A stretch of 64,000 nt of DNA. Source: Octopus vulgaris. Lineage: Eukaryota. Made by a program: the position numbers and the translations under genes. The notes under the pieces are model-generated. The model saw only the letters and a list, made by a program, of their open reading frames with translations. It did no database searches and had not been told where the DNA came from. This document shows, in pieces, positions 62,921-64,000 of the stretch; position 1 is the first letter of the stretch; each line of letters opens with the position of its first letter. The stretch is from positions 91,388,001-91,452,000 of the forward strand of contig OX597824.1 in the NCBI GenBank assembly GCA_951406725.2. The letters are read 5' to 3'.

Positions 62921-63749
62921 CATAGTTGTTCAAATGCATGCCTTTGGCCCTTGTGAGCTTTTCTCAGCTCAATTTTACTTAAATTATGCAAATTACCTAT
63001 ACAACAAATGTGCTCTACTCCTTTTTTGTGTAAGTCTAAGTCCCTTGGCTACTGGAAATAAAGTCAGAAAACTGCCGTGCTAATGACGGTTATTGAGCCA
63101 GAAACACATATTTTCGACTCTCCTCTTATCTCCAAACAAAAAGCATGTCAACTTTGGAAAAAATTTGTATTTTGTGATTATCTCCCCTTCTCAAGTGGAA
63201 CCTGTCTTGCCGTTTGTTTATTATGATACATCGTTTAGAGGCAAAAAATAATTTTAATAAGTCTAGAATTTATGTTGTATGGTATTTGATATGACTGTAT
63301 TCATGAATGTTATAAACGTATTCAATCGGTCTTTTGTACTACGTCTGTCACCTTCAACAGTTCTGTAATATTACAAGATTAATGAAGGTGAGGTGAACGA
63401 AAGGACCGGTTATTAGAAATTAGCGCCCAGTAGCGTGTTTATGTATCTTGTCTGGAAATTACTGCGGGTTATCTGTGTAAACGAAACTGTTTGATCATCT
63501 CTTGTATAATGAGATGTTGTCAGTGGAACGGAAAGTCGGCATGAATGAGAAGCTGAGATAAGAAAATTATCGTTTATCAAATGACAGATACTTTATAACA
63601 AATTTCTTGGCAGCCATTAAAGGAATATACGTATATTTTATACATGTTTTAAAGTTTTACATGTACCATTAGAGGACAGTGAGTCCTAGTATGGCCGCTA
63701 CTTATTCGTGTGTGCGCACACATAGGCACACATATGCACACACACACAC

Positions 63750-64000
63750 ACCGGTGAGCTGGCAGAATCATTAGCGCGCTGGACAAAATGCTACGCGGCG
63801 TTTCGTCAGTCCTCCCGTTCTGAGTTCAAATTCCACCGAAGTCGACTTCTCCTTTCATCTTTTCGGTGGCCGATAAATAAGGTACCAATTTCACTTACCC
63901 CTTCCCGTAAAATCAGGCCTCGTGCCTATTATAGAAAGGATTTTACTTAAGAGGGACAAGGTAGCGAACTGGCTGAACCGTTAGCACGCCGGACAAAATG
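63750..64000 (+). mobile_element. SINE family B copies (run off the window end)
   Basis: ggtgagctggcagaatcattagc head and Nin-like core. Confidence 0.8.

Overview
AT-rich, microsatellite-saturated animal genomic DNA. The repeat repertoire (tRNA-derived SINEs, RTE/CR1 LINE remnants, dense (TA)n/(GATA)n/(TATG)n) points to an Octopus genome; this is inferred, not searched. One complete protein-coding gene can be built by hand on the minus strand: an ABHD12-like lysophosphatidylserine/monoacylglycerol lipase. It has 12 phase-compatible GT-AG coding exons (36680 to 14767, 463 aa), an intact Ser-Asp-His triad, an unusual ~130-aa Asn/Lys-rich N-terminus, and a probable 5'UTR exon near 41857. Almost all ORFs in the supplied track are microsatellite artefacts. 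The rest is SINEs, LINE remnants (CR1-like, RTE, R4/RLE-like, Penelope-like), mariner remnants and MITEs. The most interesting non-obvious signal is a set of type I hammerhead-ribozyme motifs in several unrelated short repeat families. These elements show direct or inverted pseudo-LTR architecture and mostly abut (TA)n tracts, suggesting Penelope-like/retrozyme elements. One sits in a ~347-nt repeat unit within an ABHD12 intron, and a near-canonical motif lies at 58880-58930.
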